From the NCBI GenBank assembly GCA_050084985.1, contig JBITNC010000001.1, positions 171,926,001-171,990,000 of the forward strand: a DNA stretch of 64,000 nt, written 5' to 3'. The notes under the pieces were generated by a model. The model searched no databases. It saw only the letters and a program-made list of their open reading frames with translations, and was not told the origin of the DNA. The position numbers were made by a program, and so were the translations under genes. The stretch is from Nageia nagi (lineage: Eukaryota; Plantae; Pinophyta). Positions 39,721-53,099 of the stretch are shown in pieces; positions within the stretch are counted from its first letter, which is position 1, and each line of letters opens with the position of its first letter.

Positions 39721-40489
39721 TGAAAATATATCATCACTAATAGTCCTAGTAACTAACCCTAATGAAATCCATCCTTTAGTGACAAATTATAAGCTCCTTC
39801 ATCTTGGTCTTGATCTTCTTCAATTTTTTTCAATGTATGCAATACGAAAGGAAAAAGTTTAGGTTATATTTTCTTTATAAAATGAATATAGAAAAATTTC
39901 ATAATTTACATTAAATTCCCCACCATACTCTTCTTGATTTATATCTCTTCATCATAAATTGGGCTCCAAAATTTAATATCTTGGAAATCCACAACTTGAA
40001 CATCACTTATAACAACCCTTGTTATGATCTTAAAGATGTCTTATATGTAAAGTGCAAGTTTATCATAGTATATAGAATAAATTAAAATATTTCATGGGTC
40101 ATGTACATGATCTAAAACTTAACATGCATATATATTAGATAAATCATCATAAAAAATTAATATGAGCAACAAGAAAAGTATTTAAGCCTTATCATCATTT
40201 TATCCACTTAGGTGATTAATCAACTCAGTTGAAGTATTATTAATACTTTCAATCTAAGAGGGAACACTCTTCATAATCTCATGCTCATGTACCATAAATT
40301 TAATATTGTATGACATGCACTACAACATAAACTTGATTTAGCATCAAGGTGCATGTCATCAATAATTTTCTAATCTTTCTGTTGGAAATAACATCAAAGG
40401 GTATCAGTTACATGTCCTCAATTTTTTCCTATATGTAGTGATGTATTTGATATTTTGTATGATGATAAGTACACCACAAATTATTTTTC

Positions 40490-40690
40490 TATGTGATGCT
40501 AGTTATGGCATCTAGTAATGTTAAATATGATGTCAGTTGACGTTAAATATGACAAATAGTGACATTAAATATGATACATAGTGGCATTAAATGTGACACC
40601 TAATGAATAATATTATGACATAATATATAGGCATTTTATGTTAAATATGATACCACATGATGTGGAAAATGATGTAATGTATGACATTAT
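40490..40690. repeat. ~21-bp degenerate tandem repeat
   Basis: Recurring TGACATTAAATATGA / TGTTAAATATGA. Confidence 0.65.
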
Positions 40691-40769
40691 ATCTTGCTAT
40701 TATACTATTTTGATTTTATCTAATGTCGATGTAAAAATTTATGGGTATTTTCTAAATATTATAATAGTT

Positions 40770-41346
40770 TAAGATTTAATGTTTAGGGTTTAGGATTTTA
40801 GGGTTTAAGGTTTTAGGTATTTAATATTTATGATTTTAAGGTTTAAGGGTTTTAGAGTTTAGGGTTTAAGGTTTTAAGTTTTATGTTTTAAGATTTAGTG
40901 TTTAGTATTTAGGATTTTAGGGTTTAATGTTTAGGATTTTAGGTTTTAATATTTTAGGGATTTAAGGTTTTAAGAGTTAAGGTTTTAGGGTTTAAGTTTT
41001 TAGAGGCTTAAGGTTTTAGGATTTAGAGTTTAAGGTTTAAGGTTTTAAGGTTTAAGGGTTTAGGTTTTAGGGTTTTAAAGCAAGGTTTAGGGTTTAGGAT
41101 TTAAGGTTTAAAATTTTAGAAGCTCAGGGGTTTATATTTTTAAGGATTTAAGATTTTAGGATTTTAATATATAGGGTTTAGGGTTGAAATTTTTAGGAGT
41201 TTAGGGTTTAAAGCTTAAGGTTTTAGGGTGTAAGGTTTCAAGGTTTAAGGTTTTAGGGTTTAAGGTTTTAAAGGTTTAATGTTTAGGCATAGTTTAGGAT
41301 TTATGGTTTAGGATTTTAGGTTTTAGGGGTTTAGGATTTAGGGTTT
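40770..41346 (+). repeat. Degenerate interstitial telomere-like tract (TTTAGGG/TTTAAGG)
   Basis: About 570 bp of TTTAGGG, TTTAAGG, TTTTAGG and TTTAGGA variants. Confidence 0.85.
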
Positions 41347-41547
41347 ATATTTAAATGTATTAATTATAAATACATTAAATGTATTAATCAAATAAATTTT
41401 AAATATCTCTAAAACTCTTTTACAATCACAAAAAGTAGTACATATGTTGTAATGGTACACAAATTCATATAGAATTCAAGTAACTCATTTAACTTCAAAA
41501 TGAAAATATATTAATGGTTAGATATATACAATTTATCATAAGATAAT

Positions 41548-42973
41548 TGTTGACTACGATGTGGTAATTTTCACATGCATCTGCATATCAAAGTCATAAC
41601 TATAATTCTGATGAATGATTTCTAAGACTAGACATATATCTCCAAAGAAGGTTCATTCCTATCGGGATTAGACTAGGATTTGTAAATGTAAAGGTGTAGA
41701 AATAAACTTATAGGACTAAAGCAAACTTAAAATGCTAGGTTAGTGGGTGTAAATAAGTAAAAATAAATATCCAAACCAATATAGGCATCCATTATAGCAA
41801 AATCTAAACTAGTTAGATAGTTTGATTTTATAGCCACCAAATAATATACGATATTCCAAGTAACAATACTCTACAAGCACTTTATAGATATGGATTAACT
41901 ACTAATAATATCTCATAGATAATGAAGTGCAAATAAACATATCACACAATCATTTAAGAATAATGATAAATAAATCATAGTTAAGAGATCAAGAAAAAAA
42001 TTGCATTTTATTATCATTTATGCTAGTACAAAATAAAGAAAATATCTACTATATCTAACCCCTTCTCCTTCAATGAAGGCTATAATTATAGTTTTTCTCT
42101 TGAAAATATATTCTAACTAATCTCTAACAAACTCTGATAGATAAAAATATATGTAACTAACTAACTAGTTATTTACAAAGTATCATATTTAATTCTCTGA
42201 TATTTACAAAGTATCATATTTACAAAGTATCATGTGGGTCATTATTCCACATGTGTTAACATCCTTTAGCTTATCTAGAAGTTGAAAACCTAAATTTGGA
42301 GTTGAAATCATATTATTGGAATGATAATGTATTTTTTTAAGGTTTTGACAATATATATAGGTATTTGAATTCGGATGGACCCCTAAAAAATCAAATACAT
42401 AAGTAAAATACATTGTTCCAGTAGAATGCTCTAGATATGCTTTAATCTTAGTGGCTAGAACTTGAATCTCAAAACTAGAATACTTTAGGTGATTGATTTG
42501 ACTATGATTCTTTATGATAAGTGATTAAAGCACCTTGTATAGGGCTAGAATTGAAGAAATGAGTTATTTAATTCTTTTATTTTTTTGATAAAATTTGGCC
42601 TACTTCACTCTATTGAATCTCTACCAAAATCAAATTCTTTGTAAAATATTAGAAAATGGCTAAGTATAATACTATCGTATTTTATCATCATTATGAAAAA
42701 CTTTATTCACCTTGATACTACTATATCTCTACCAAATTTGAACACTACAAGAAATGCTCAAAAATAACTAAGTACCCACACTATCATATTCTATCACTAT
42801 TTTGATAAAATTTATGCACTCCAATACAGCCAAATCTCCATCAAAATCTAACACTATAATAAATATCTAAAATTAACTAAGTATAAACATTTTATAAAAA
42901 TAGTAAAGGATCAAAAAAGGTCATACCCATACAAAACTCTTCTTATTTCTTTCAAAATATGTATGAGAATACA
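41548..42973 (-). repeat. Tat element 2, 3' LTR
   Basis: TGTTGAC...GAATACA; colinear with 53100-54508. Confidence 0.9.
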
Positions 42974-43073
42974 TTTTGGTGACCAGTTGATGGATTTGTA
43001 CCACCAAATTTTGAACTCAGACAAAACTACAAAATTTTGTACAAAACTCTATCAACTTGTACAAAAATATATC

Positions 43074-46000
43074 TCAAGATGCTTCATCCTTAAGCAAAAT
43101 TATGAGAGCCTTTGACCACTTTGCATCCATTGGAGGTTCTAAATCCTGAATAAGTAGAGCCACTAAAATAAATTGATTAATAGCTTTTAAGCTGATATTT
43201 GGATTCATCCTAGTGAATTTTGTTGCCCATTTCTCTATCTTAATCATATCTTGAATGAACTTCAAGAATTTATCTTCAAAATTATTCTCCATCCAATCTA
43301 CAAAGGTGTTATCTACCTTCTATGCTTAGTCACTATATGCCTTCATTTCATCAAGTGTATAAACATTGTTATCTTCTTTATACAAGGGAGGCATTTTATT
43401 TTTATCAAAAAACTTAAGGGAATTGTTCAATCTATCTATCTCTGGTGTTAATGTCTTCATACATTTTTCTATGCATAACATTAACTCATACAAGTGAGCC
43501 ACCTTTTATGTCATAGCCAAAATTTCATCATAAGAATCATCAATATCTGTATTTGTTTCTTCTTTTTTATTCATTACCTTGATGATCTCTTGATTTTTAC
43601 TATTCATATTTATAACTCTATCCTTCTTGTCAAAAATAACTTTATACTTATCTAACTGCTTATCATAATGTAATACATACTCTCTAATAGAGTGTAACAA
43701 ATCTAAAATCAAAATTACCTTACCCTAATAACTCAACTTAATATCTTTTAATGCTTCAATCAATAGTTGTATCAGCATCAATGCCTATATCTATTGGGCC
43801 ATACTTTTTGCCTAAGTCTTCAATTTTTCTTCAAACTTTGACTTTTTGTTGGTAGCATTTTCTATTGCTATCTTTAAATCTACATGTTTCTTATTGTAAG
43901 CATCCTATAAAACCTTAAAATCATCCCTAAGCTCCTTCTTTTGATCTTCTAGTATTTTATATTATGCCTCCTTACTTTTTAGAGAAGCCTTCAATGAATC
44001 AATCTCAAGTTTCAAGTCCTCTATCTGATTATATTTCATATTGAGTTCAATCCCCTTTGCTTTTAACTCTTCCTCTTTCTCTTCTAAAACTATAGTCAAT
44101 TTTGATGAATTTGCAACCTCTTGTATGTCCTAAATCTGCTTTTTCAATAAGGCAATATGGGTTAGATGAAAGTTTTCTTTCTTCTCTACCACAGCTTATT
44201 ATATTTCTATCTTATCTACTTTTTTCTCTAAGAGGACTACATCTGCATCCATAAGTGTCATGGTAGTTTTCATAATTTTTCTCTTATCTATCCAACTAAT
44301 TTTATCTAGTCTAAGTTGTATAGAAATTCCTTGAACATCAAAATCTTATCCTAAAAAATGATCTATCTATTTTGCTAAAATTTCAAGGACTTACTTGCAA
44401 ATATCTACATTTATGTCTAGTTGAATCTATCCAAAGATTTTTTGTTCTTTCTTTTTCATCTTCCAAAATAATTATTAGTTAGATTTATTAATTTTGATAA
44501 AATATGCCACTTTTTGGGATGTGTCTAACTTTTGTAATGTAATGGGAGGAATAAAAGTTACAATATCTTCCTCAGTGTTAGATTCAGCATTCACCTCATT
44601 TTGTTGGGGGCTACTTGACATTGCATCATCTAGAGAAGGAACATATTAAATTTGCTTTGAACTTTGTTCTTCTTCTTGTATCATTGAATAAGTTTTCCTC
44701 TTTTTACTATACAAGCTTTTCAAGTTTTGAGGTATCCTTGGGGGAAATTATTTCTTATGGCTCCTTCTTCTCTTCTTCATGATGAAAGATTGAGCAATGT
44801 TTGTATCCTTTCCTTCACTAATTTTTGACTTATCAACCCTAGTTACATCTTTTGTAGGCTCATCACTTTTAGTAGTGGATCCTTCAAGGATCATATTCAC
44901 ATGTTTTGGTCTTATTTATTTTTTACCCTTATTCAATATTTTATATATTTTCTTAGGGTCTTTAACTTTTCTTTTTCTTATAATTTTCTTCTTAGGAGAA
45001 TCCTCTTTCTCAAGTTTCTTAGCTAATGCAGCATCTTTCTTCTCCTATTCTTTTCTTTTTTTCCTCTTTATGTTCAATGAATTTCCTTTTCATTTCCTTC
45101 ATATTTCAATATCCTTATTTGATATAGTTCTCTCTTTAATTTGGTCCTTCATGGAAAATTCCATTAACTTTAGACTTTCTCCATATTTTTGTTATTTTTT
45201 CAATACTGCTTCTTCCTCTAGAGTTAACTTATTTTTACTCTTTTCAGCCTCTAAAAACTTTACTATTATTCCAAAACTTTTCTTCTCAATATATTTAACC
45301 TTCTTGGATACATATTATTTATCATAAGCTTTAGATAAAGCCTTATCTTGATCACACATCCAAGGTAAATACTTCTTCCTACTTTCAACCCTATAATGTA
45401 TGAAACCTTTCTTCTTATGCTTTGAGAAGTTATAATTGTCTAGGCTCTTTTACAAAGGTTTTGGTAAACTCTTCTCCTTATCAGTAGTAGTTGCAAAATT
45501 AATTCTAACAAAATCTATGGATACCTTGACAAAATCTAGAGCTTTTGAGTTGACAAATTTAAGATATGTAGTGAATACTCCTAATGGGTCATACGACCAA
45601 GAAACAACAATATGATTCAATTGTAATTTTTTCCTCTTTGAATTCAAATAATCTTAGCAATTCTTATGATGATCTTGAATGGAATCCAAACTAAGAGGGT
45701 ATGTGGATAAAGTATTCTTCCCCTTAGGAATTCCCCACATTATTTCTACATAATCTTCTTCTCTAGTTACCTCTATGGAAAATAACCAGTTTGAAATATA
45801 GAAAGGAAATTTCATAGCCTTATCACAAAAACCACTCAACAAGATGACTGTATAATTATTAGTGAAATAATAATCACATTTCTTGAATTGACCCATCTTA
45901 AAATTTGATTGAGCTAATTAGACAACCTAGGAAAAGTTATTCTAGAAATGAAATTCAAAGCTAGAAAGAGGAAATATCTTACAAAATCATAATAGGACCC

Positions 46001-46790
46001 ACTGATGCATAAGACCTAAGTCCACTAATCGAATCTTCTCAAGGTACCATCTTCATTCTTTTATCTGAGCTACAAATGTAGAAAGTCTTCCAAATGTTGA
46101 TGCAGTAAGAGCCAACATAGCAGAGAAGAGTAATGGAATTGGTGTATCCTATCTTTTTTGGCTAGTTGTATAGCCAATCTATCATCTATCATCTCAAACT
46201 AATCATGGTGATACTTGCCATAGTTCTTTATTATCTGGTATGCCATTATGACATGTTCCAACTGAATAATCTAAATGAATTTATCCTTCTAAAACACCAT
46301 GATGATGATAAGAAAATAAGCCATATTAGGTTTAAACCCTAAAAGGCCATATAAGCTCTTTTTCATTATGATAGGGTTCAACAAATAATAATTTAACCAA
46401 TATAAATAATTTTTATTTGTATCCTTGAAAGCTACCTTAAGACTAGCCCAATCTAATGTATCATCTGGCTAATGAAAGGCATTATACATGGCACCTCTAC
46501 TCAAATTGAGAATTATATTTTACTAGTAATTTTATATATTTTTGGATTCATGAAATATTTTCTTAGATAGGGAATCTATAAGTTTAGAATAAGGTTGACA
46601 TCTTTCACATAAGAATGGAAGGATAAACTCAATTTTGTAAATTAGATCCCATAATTGACTATCTTTAGCATTGGTAGCTTCTGAGGGTTTGATTTTTAAA
46701 TCAACATGATCATTAAATAGATTGGTGCTGAAATATTTTTCATTCCTATCATTTATAGTACTTTGAATAGCTGTGAACTTACCCATTTTT
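43074..46790 (-). pseudogene. Extra sense-strand ORF after integrase
   Basis: ORF pieces 46532-46786, 45654-45896, 45450-45647, 43506-43712, 43074-43292; homologous to the element 1 extra ORF. Confidence 0.75.
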
Positions 46791-47029
46791 ATGAAATTAT
46801 CAAATAAGAGCTAAAAATAGGCAAAATCAAAAATTGAGAAGATGCAAACCTTAGGGTTCCAACTGCTCAAAAAATTGTGAAAGAAAAAATATGCTAATGT
46901 ACATATTTGAAATGGAGGTAAAGTGAATAAAATACCTAACTACCCTATTCAATGCAAAATATGCACCTTAAAAACTATGCATGAGATATAAAACTAAATA
47001 TATACATATAATACAAACTCTTATGGTTA

Positions 47030-50000
47030 AACAGTGATGTAGAACTTCAAATGCTAATAATTTATCATGATCAAAAGGATACAAATATTTATTCTCTCCA
47101 ACTCAAATGCATTATTTTGGATTTCGTTTATAATGATGTATGATTCGTACCATAGAGAATTAAACTTTTAGTGATGTCTAGGCTCTGCTCTATTTTCATT
47201 CCATTTAAGCAGCAAGTCATCAAGTTTGAAAGAAACATTGGATGCATACTTTTTATCAAACCATTTCTTAACCACATTGTTGCTTTTTTAGATTTCTCTA
47301 TAATAATTCTCCCAAAGCTCATCTACATATATCAAATCAAATATCCTTACCTATAATGGATCTAAACCATTCATCTTATATCGATTAAGTAGTTGTAAAG
47401 AAGGTAACTCAATGTGAAATGGAATATTACTCTTTGACCATAAACCAAAACATAAGAAAAAAATTTATAAAATACTTATAAGTGATCTGATCTACCCATA
47501 GTGCAAGGTTGAACTTCTTATCCTAGTCTTTTTTATTATCATCTATTGTTCTCTTTAGGACTCTCAATAGATTTTTATTTGTTGATTCAGTTAATTGATT
47601 ACCTTATGGGTAATAATTGTAAGAGATTTTACAATAAATACCATATTTGAAATTATTTTTTGATACTTTGGCTTTTAAAAATGTTGGACCATTATCTGAT
47701 ATAATAGTCTATGAAATACCAAATCTTGTGATGATTCTCTTCATGAAAGAGATAATTATATCTTGATCTTGTTATTTTATTGTAGAAGCTTCCATCCATC
47801 TTGTAAAATAATTTTTAGTTGTTAAGATAAACTTATTTTCTAATGATGATCCTAGATTAATCATGCTAATGAAATCAAGGCCCCATTATTGGAATGGTTC
47901 TTCTCCAATGATAGGTTGTAATGGCATTGCTACCATTCTTCTCCTTCTTACTAATCTATGATATCTCTCACATTATTTTACAATATTAAATGAATTTATA
48001 TACATGGAAGGCCAATAAAAGCTTGCTTGTAAAAATTTTGCTACAGTGGTATATATTGAATAATTTCCTTCAAAAAAATCAAAATTAATTTTCTTTAGAA
48101 CATCAGTAACTTTCTCAAGATATATACATCTCGATTCTATCATGATTCCTTTTGTACAAACTATGATCTATCATACAATAATTGAGTCCATTTAATTTGA
48201 ACTCTCTCTTTTACAAGGCATTGAGTTCAAATGGTAATCAACCACTATCAAAATATATACATGGTTGTGTTAACTATTTTTTTGGTTCTTTTAGAAGTTC
48301 TTAAAGTTCATTATATTTAGTTTTCACTTCACTAATCATGATGTGTTTTGAGACCTAATCCTTAGCCAAATGCTTACAAAGAGCTCACCCCTTCACTACC
48401 TTGGTATGGTAAATTTCAATATCATATTTTTGAATCTTTGTAATCCATATGACTCTACCTTGATCCATTTCACCTTGTAAAATGTAACTTCTAACAAATG
48501 GATGAATGGTAAGCACTAAACTTTTATTCTAAAAAATGTAGTGTTTGAACTAGTTAAGAGCTTTCATTATTATAAATACCTATTTTTAAATGAATCAGTA
48601 CTTTTTTTCAGCATCATATAGATTTTGGCTGAAATAAGCTATAGGGTGTTCATCATGATTATCTTGTTTTTGAGTTAAAACTATTGCTACACTTTTTTCT
48701 TCTCCATATGCATACAAAATGAATTCCTTTGAAAATTTTAGATTATTCAAAACCAAAGTGGACATGATGGATGAATTAATCTATTAAAAATTCATGATTC
48801 TCTCATGTGTCCACTTAAAAAGAACTTTATATTTCAGTAATTATGTCATTGGTCAGGTAATTCTAGAAAAATCTTGGATGAATCTTCTCACAAAATTTAT
48901 CTAACCCAAAAAAACTTGCAACTTCTTGATATTAGACAAAATGGTGAGGTTGTAGATAGCTTCCACTCTCTCCAGATCAATTAAAAATTTATCTTTTTAA
49001 ATTATATGACCTACCAACTTTCCTTGATCCATAGCAAAAGTAGATTTCTTCATATTCAATAAAAATCCTAAATTCTTAACACTTCAAGAAAGCTTATCGA
49101 AGATGCTACAAGTGGTATTTCTTCTTTTGAGAGAAATAGTGATATCATCTAAATAAATCAAAATACTTTTGTTTATTAATTCCTTGAATGCATGGTCCAT
49201 AGCCCTCTAAAAAATTTCTTCAACATTGGGCAAGCAAAATTACATTCATTTAAAAGCAAATGTACTCTATTTTATGGTGAATGTTATTTTGTATTGATCT
49301 TCATCTTTCACCTAAATCTAGTTATACCCAAAGAAGCCATAAAGAAAAGAAAAAAGACTTTGATCCTACAATAGTATGTAGAATTTATTATAGGGGAGGA
49401 AAAGAATAATTATATTTCAGCGACTCTCTATTTAGGTTCCAAAAATCTAAATAGAGCCTAATAAATCCATTCTTCTTCATGACTAGTACCAAATTAGTCA
49501 ACCAAGTAGAATATTTGATGGGATATATGATACTTGCTTGAAATAACTTTTGAACTTTCTATTGCATAACCACTTCAATCTTAAGATTTATTTGTCTTTG
49601 TTTTTTTCTAAAAAAGGTTTATCTCTTCCACTATTTCAATGGTGTGTTATCTTTGTTAACCACCTTCAATTCATCATAGCTCCATGCCATGATACCAAAA
49701 AATTGTTTCATGATTTTAGTTATGTCCTTGATATCTTTAGATGAGTTCTTGATACCAAATTTAGGAACCTTGTTAGGATTTATTTCTAATTTTTTAAAGT
49801 TCTTAGAATAATCTAAAATCTCTCCTTTTCTTAATTGATCATCTTTGTTAAAGAGATCTTCAAATGCAATAATATATTTAAGCAAAGTATTATTTTTTAT
49901 CTGTACAATATCTTCTTCTATGAATACCTTAATCAATGACTTTTATCTATTTGAACATATCATTTATGTAGCTAAGAAAGAGTTAATATCCTATTATCAT

Positions 50001-52760
50001 CAACATATTTACAAAAATAGTCATTATCTAGAACAAAAGGCTTGAAAATCAACTACATACCTTTTCTTCTTAGCCAGTGATGTGTAGGATCGAATCTTGA
50101 TCCTTTCTAAGCCAAGGCATCAACTTCACTATTTTGATCTTTGAGAAATGTAGTAAGATTTAGAGCATCAAATCTCTCTAATATTTCCCATACTCTATTT
50201 TTTATATTTTTTCAAATAATAATGTTTATAAAAATACTTATTAGTCACTTAATTAATAATTAACCAGTTTTGAATCACCAAAATAGTCAAAAATTTTATT
50301 TTTAACTTTGTCACTTGTTCAAGCCCCAAACATAGGGCTTCATACTTTGGTATATTATTTGTATAACTCCATGTAATATGGAAAGAATACCTTTTTGTTT
50401 CACTAGAAAGGGATCTCAAAACAACCCTTGGACTAGCTTCATTCTTAGACTTCACTCCATCAAAATACATCTTCCATAATTCTTGTTTCCTTAGTTCCTG
50501 AATGGTAAAAGATGGTAAATTTGTAATATCTTTAAGAATTACATAATTTTTCATACCCTTACTATCAATTTGTTTGATCATAAATTCAAAAACTAAATCT
50601 ACAGTCCAATTCCTCTTCAATAGTATTTGTTAATAAAGCTTCCTCATTTATCATATTAACTTGAGGCATTTTTTTAGTGAGAAAACCTATTACAGGCTCA
50701 TTGACAACATTGAACATTTTATTCTTAAAGTTGATTAACATATGGGAGTATTCCATAGCTAAGTACCCTTATAGTTTGAATGTAAATTCTTTTGATAGAC
50801 ACAAACCAAACATAAGAGGAAGGTAAACAACTATGATATCTTAGATGATTGAAATCCTTAGAAATCTATGAAGCTTATTGGAACACCTTTTACTACACCA
50901 AAGATCTTGATATTTGTACCATCTAATTGAAGAATTCTAATTAAATATCTAGTGTAGGTAAATTTGATAACATCAGATACTTTCTTATGCATAACTATAT
51001 TGGAAACCCTTGAATCTATCATACAATTATGGATAATGTGTCCTAATTAAAGGGTAATGGAAAAAGGAGGAGATCTATTTTTTTTCATACCTGGCAATTT
51101 TACAGCTGCATCCAGGCTGCAATTTCAGCTATAATCTCCTATAGTTTGAATCAATAGTGCTTCCTTAAATAATTCTATATGATCAAGAATAAGCAAGGCA
51201 TCAAAGAGTGATGTTCTTGATGGTATTTTCTTCAATTTATCAATGTTGTATGGAATAATACAAAAAGAAATCTCTTCTATATATTTTCTTTTATAAGAAT
51301 GAGTTACTTCTTCTCTTTGGTCCCTTTTCAAGGATGGAAATTTGAACCTTGTACTTACTTTCTTCTTTTATTGAATTTTTAGAGAAGCAAAAGGTTGGGT
51401 AGGTTATTTTTTTAGAACTTGCTTTTCCAGTAAAATCTTATTAGTAGCTATAGATTCATTTATAAATTGATGGTAGCTTGAAAAAATAAGTAGATGGTAT
51501 TTGTATAGGATTAACTTTATAGGATTATATCTGCCTTTGAAGTTGAAATTGTCTTATTGCAAACCTTATTTCAATAGCTTTGTTAATAGGTTTTGATAGA
51601 ATCATGAGATTAGCTTTTGATGCTCTTTCATCAACATAATAGTTAGTGTTGACTCCATCATTACCTACCAACCTATTTTGATGTTGGTAGATAGGATAAG
51701 AATTTTGGAGATGAGGGTTATTACAAGATATACATCAATATTAATTATAAGGAGGAATGTATACCTCAAGATTCATATATACTCTATTTTTCTTGGTTGG
51801 ATCCCTTTATTGTAGATGATCTCTAGAAGGATAAGGATACCTTCTATTCTGACCTCCATCATCCCTTTGATCATAGTAGTCTTGACTTTGAGTCACCCTA
51901 TGTTCATCTATCCTCTAATTTAATAAAGTTCTTACCATGGTTTCCAATTTAGCTATCTTCATTTGAATGACATTTTCTTGCTACACATTACTACTTAAGG
52001 CAAGTGCAAGAAGTGCTAATTGAGAAAAAAGGGTAGTTGAGGTAAGCTAAGATTATGATGTAGGTAGAGCAAGTTGAGATTGTAGTTCTAAAACTTACAA
52101 TTAGGGTGATTAAGGATATTGAGCTACAGATGATGAAGGATAAGTTTGCATTGAAGGTTACAAGGAATATGAGGGTGTATATGAGATAGGTTTGAATATT
52201 ATAGCATAAAGTTTTCCTACTAAAATAAGAAAAGCTTCATCTTGTAAAGCAACTTTATAAATGTTCAAGGATTTTTGAGATCCAATCATTTGAATCTTTG
52301 AGGCTAAATTTGGATTAAATACTCTAAGATAGAACATTAAATCCATTGAAGGATGTGGCCTCACAACTAAAGGAACTCTAGCCTAAGATTTGGTAAATCT
52401 AAGGTTAAATTCAAATACATTCTCTTAAGGATGTCTTTGAATAACATTGAATTATGAAAAAAATAAGTAGGAATCCCCAATCTCTTTAAATTCAAGTAAG
52501 AGGGATTTTCCAAGTTGAGCCCATGTAGATATGGAATTAGTTGGAAGTATTTTGTACCAATCTAAAAAAATTTCAGAAAGATACATGGAAAGCAATTTGA
52601 GCATCACATCTTCATGGACTATGTCACGTTGCTTGGCCATATTTTCAATGTTCGAACAATATTCATAAGCAATATTTTCATAACCATACCAATTTTGCAA
52701 AGCGTTGGTAGCTTGCACTAGGATATCATGGGTATTTGCAACTTGGAGAGAATCAAAAGC
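47030..52760 (-). pseudogene. Tat element 2 gag-pol, degenerate
   Basis: Gag HEDVMLKLLSMYL...WYKILPTNSISTW; protease HNCMIDSRVS; aRH WKMYFDG...NNIPKYEALCLGL; RT IYLDDI; integrase ITRFGIS*TIISDNGP, YYP*GNQ. Confidence 0.9.
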
Positions 52761-53070
52761 ATTCTATTATAGATAAATAAGAGGTTAAGTTGTTTGAACC
52801 ATTTAAATAAGTGGATTGACTATATTCATATGAGTAAAATGTAAAATAGAGTTCAACACAATGGGATTTAAAATATGAATAAGATCTATAAAAGATTTGG
52901 ATTTTCTAATTGACATTTCAATAGAACTTTCAACACTAGGGAATTATTTGGCTTTCCTAGTTTGTAACCTTGTTCTCATAATCAACAAAAACTAAAATAA
53001 GTCAAACTTAAAAAACTTTTATGGGTTTAATCTTTTCCCAAATAAAATGAGTTTCAACCAACTAGATTTG

Positions 53071-53089
53071 CCACCATGAGGGTGTGCCA
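53071..53089 (-). promoter_or_regulatory. Tat-type PBS (TGGCACRCCC, tRNA-Arg-like)
   Basis: Minus strand TTTTTGGCACACCCTCATGGTGG just inside the 5' LTR. Confidence 0.65.
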
Positions 53090-53099
53090 AAAATAATTA

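Noticed and set aside
40770-41346. True chromosome end
   Set aside because: The tract is short, highly degenerate and flanked by ordinary sequence on both sides.
39750-41540. CACTA TnpA-like exons
   Set aside because: Position is consistent and there are exon-like patches, but I could not read diagnostic motifs, so it is not listed as a feature.
42940-43060. tRNA gene or tRNA-derived SINE
   Set aside because: Only a T-arm-like hairpin and CCA are present; no D arm, anticodon arm or 5' acceptor strand is visible.
44797-45327. 176-aa hydrophobic ORF resembling a membrane or env protein
   Set aside because: It is the antisense shadow of the K/E-rich part of the Tat extra ORF; the F/L/S bias follows from A-rich codons on the other strand.
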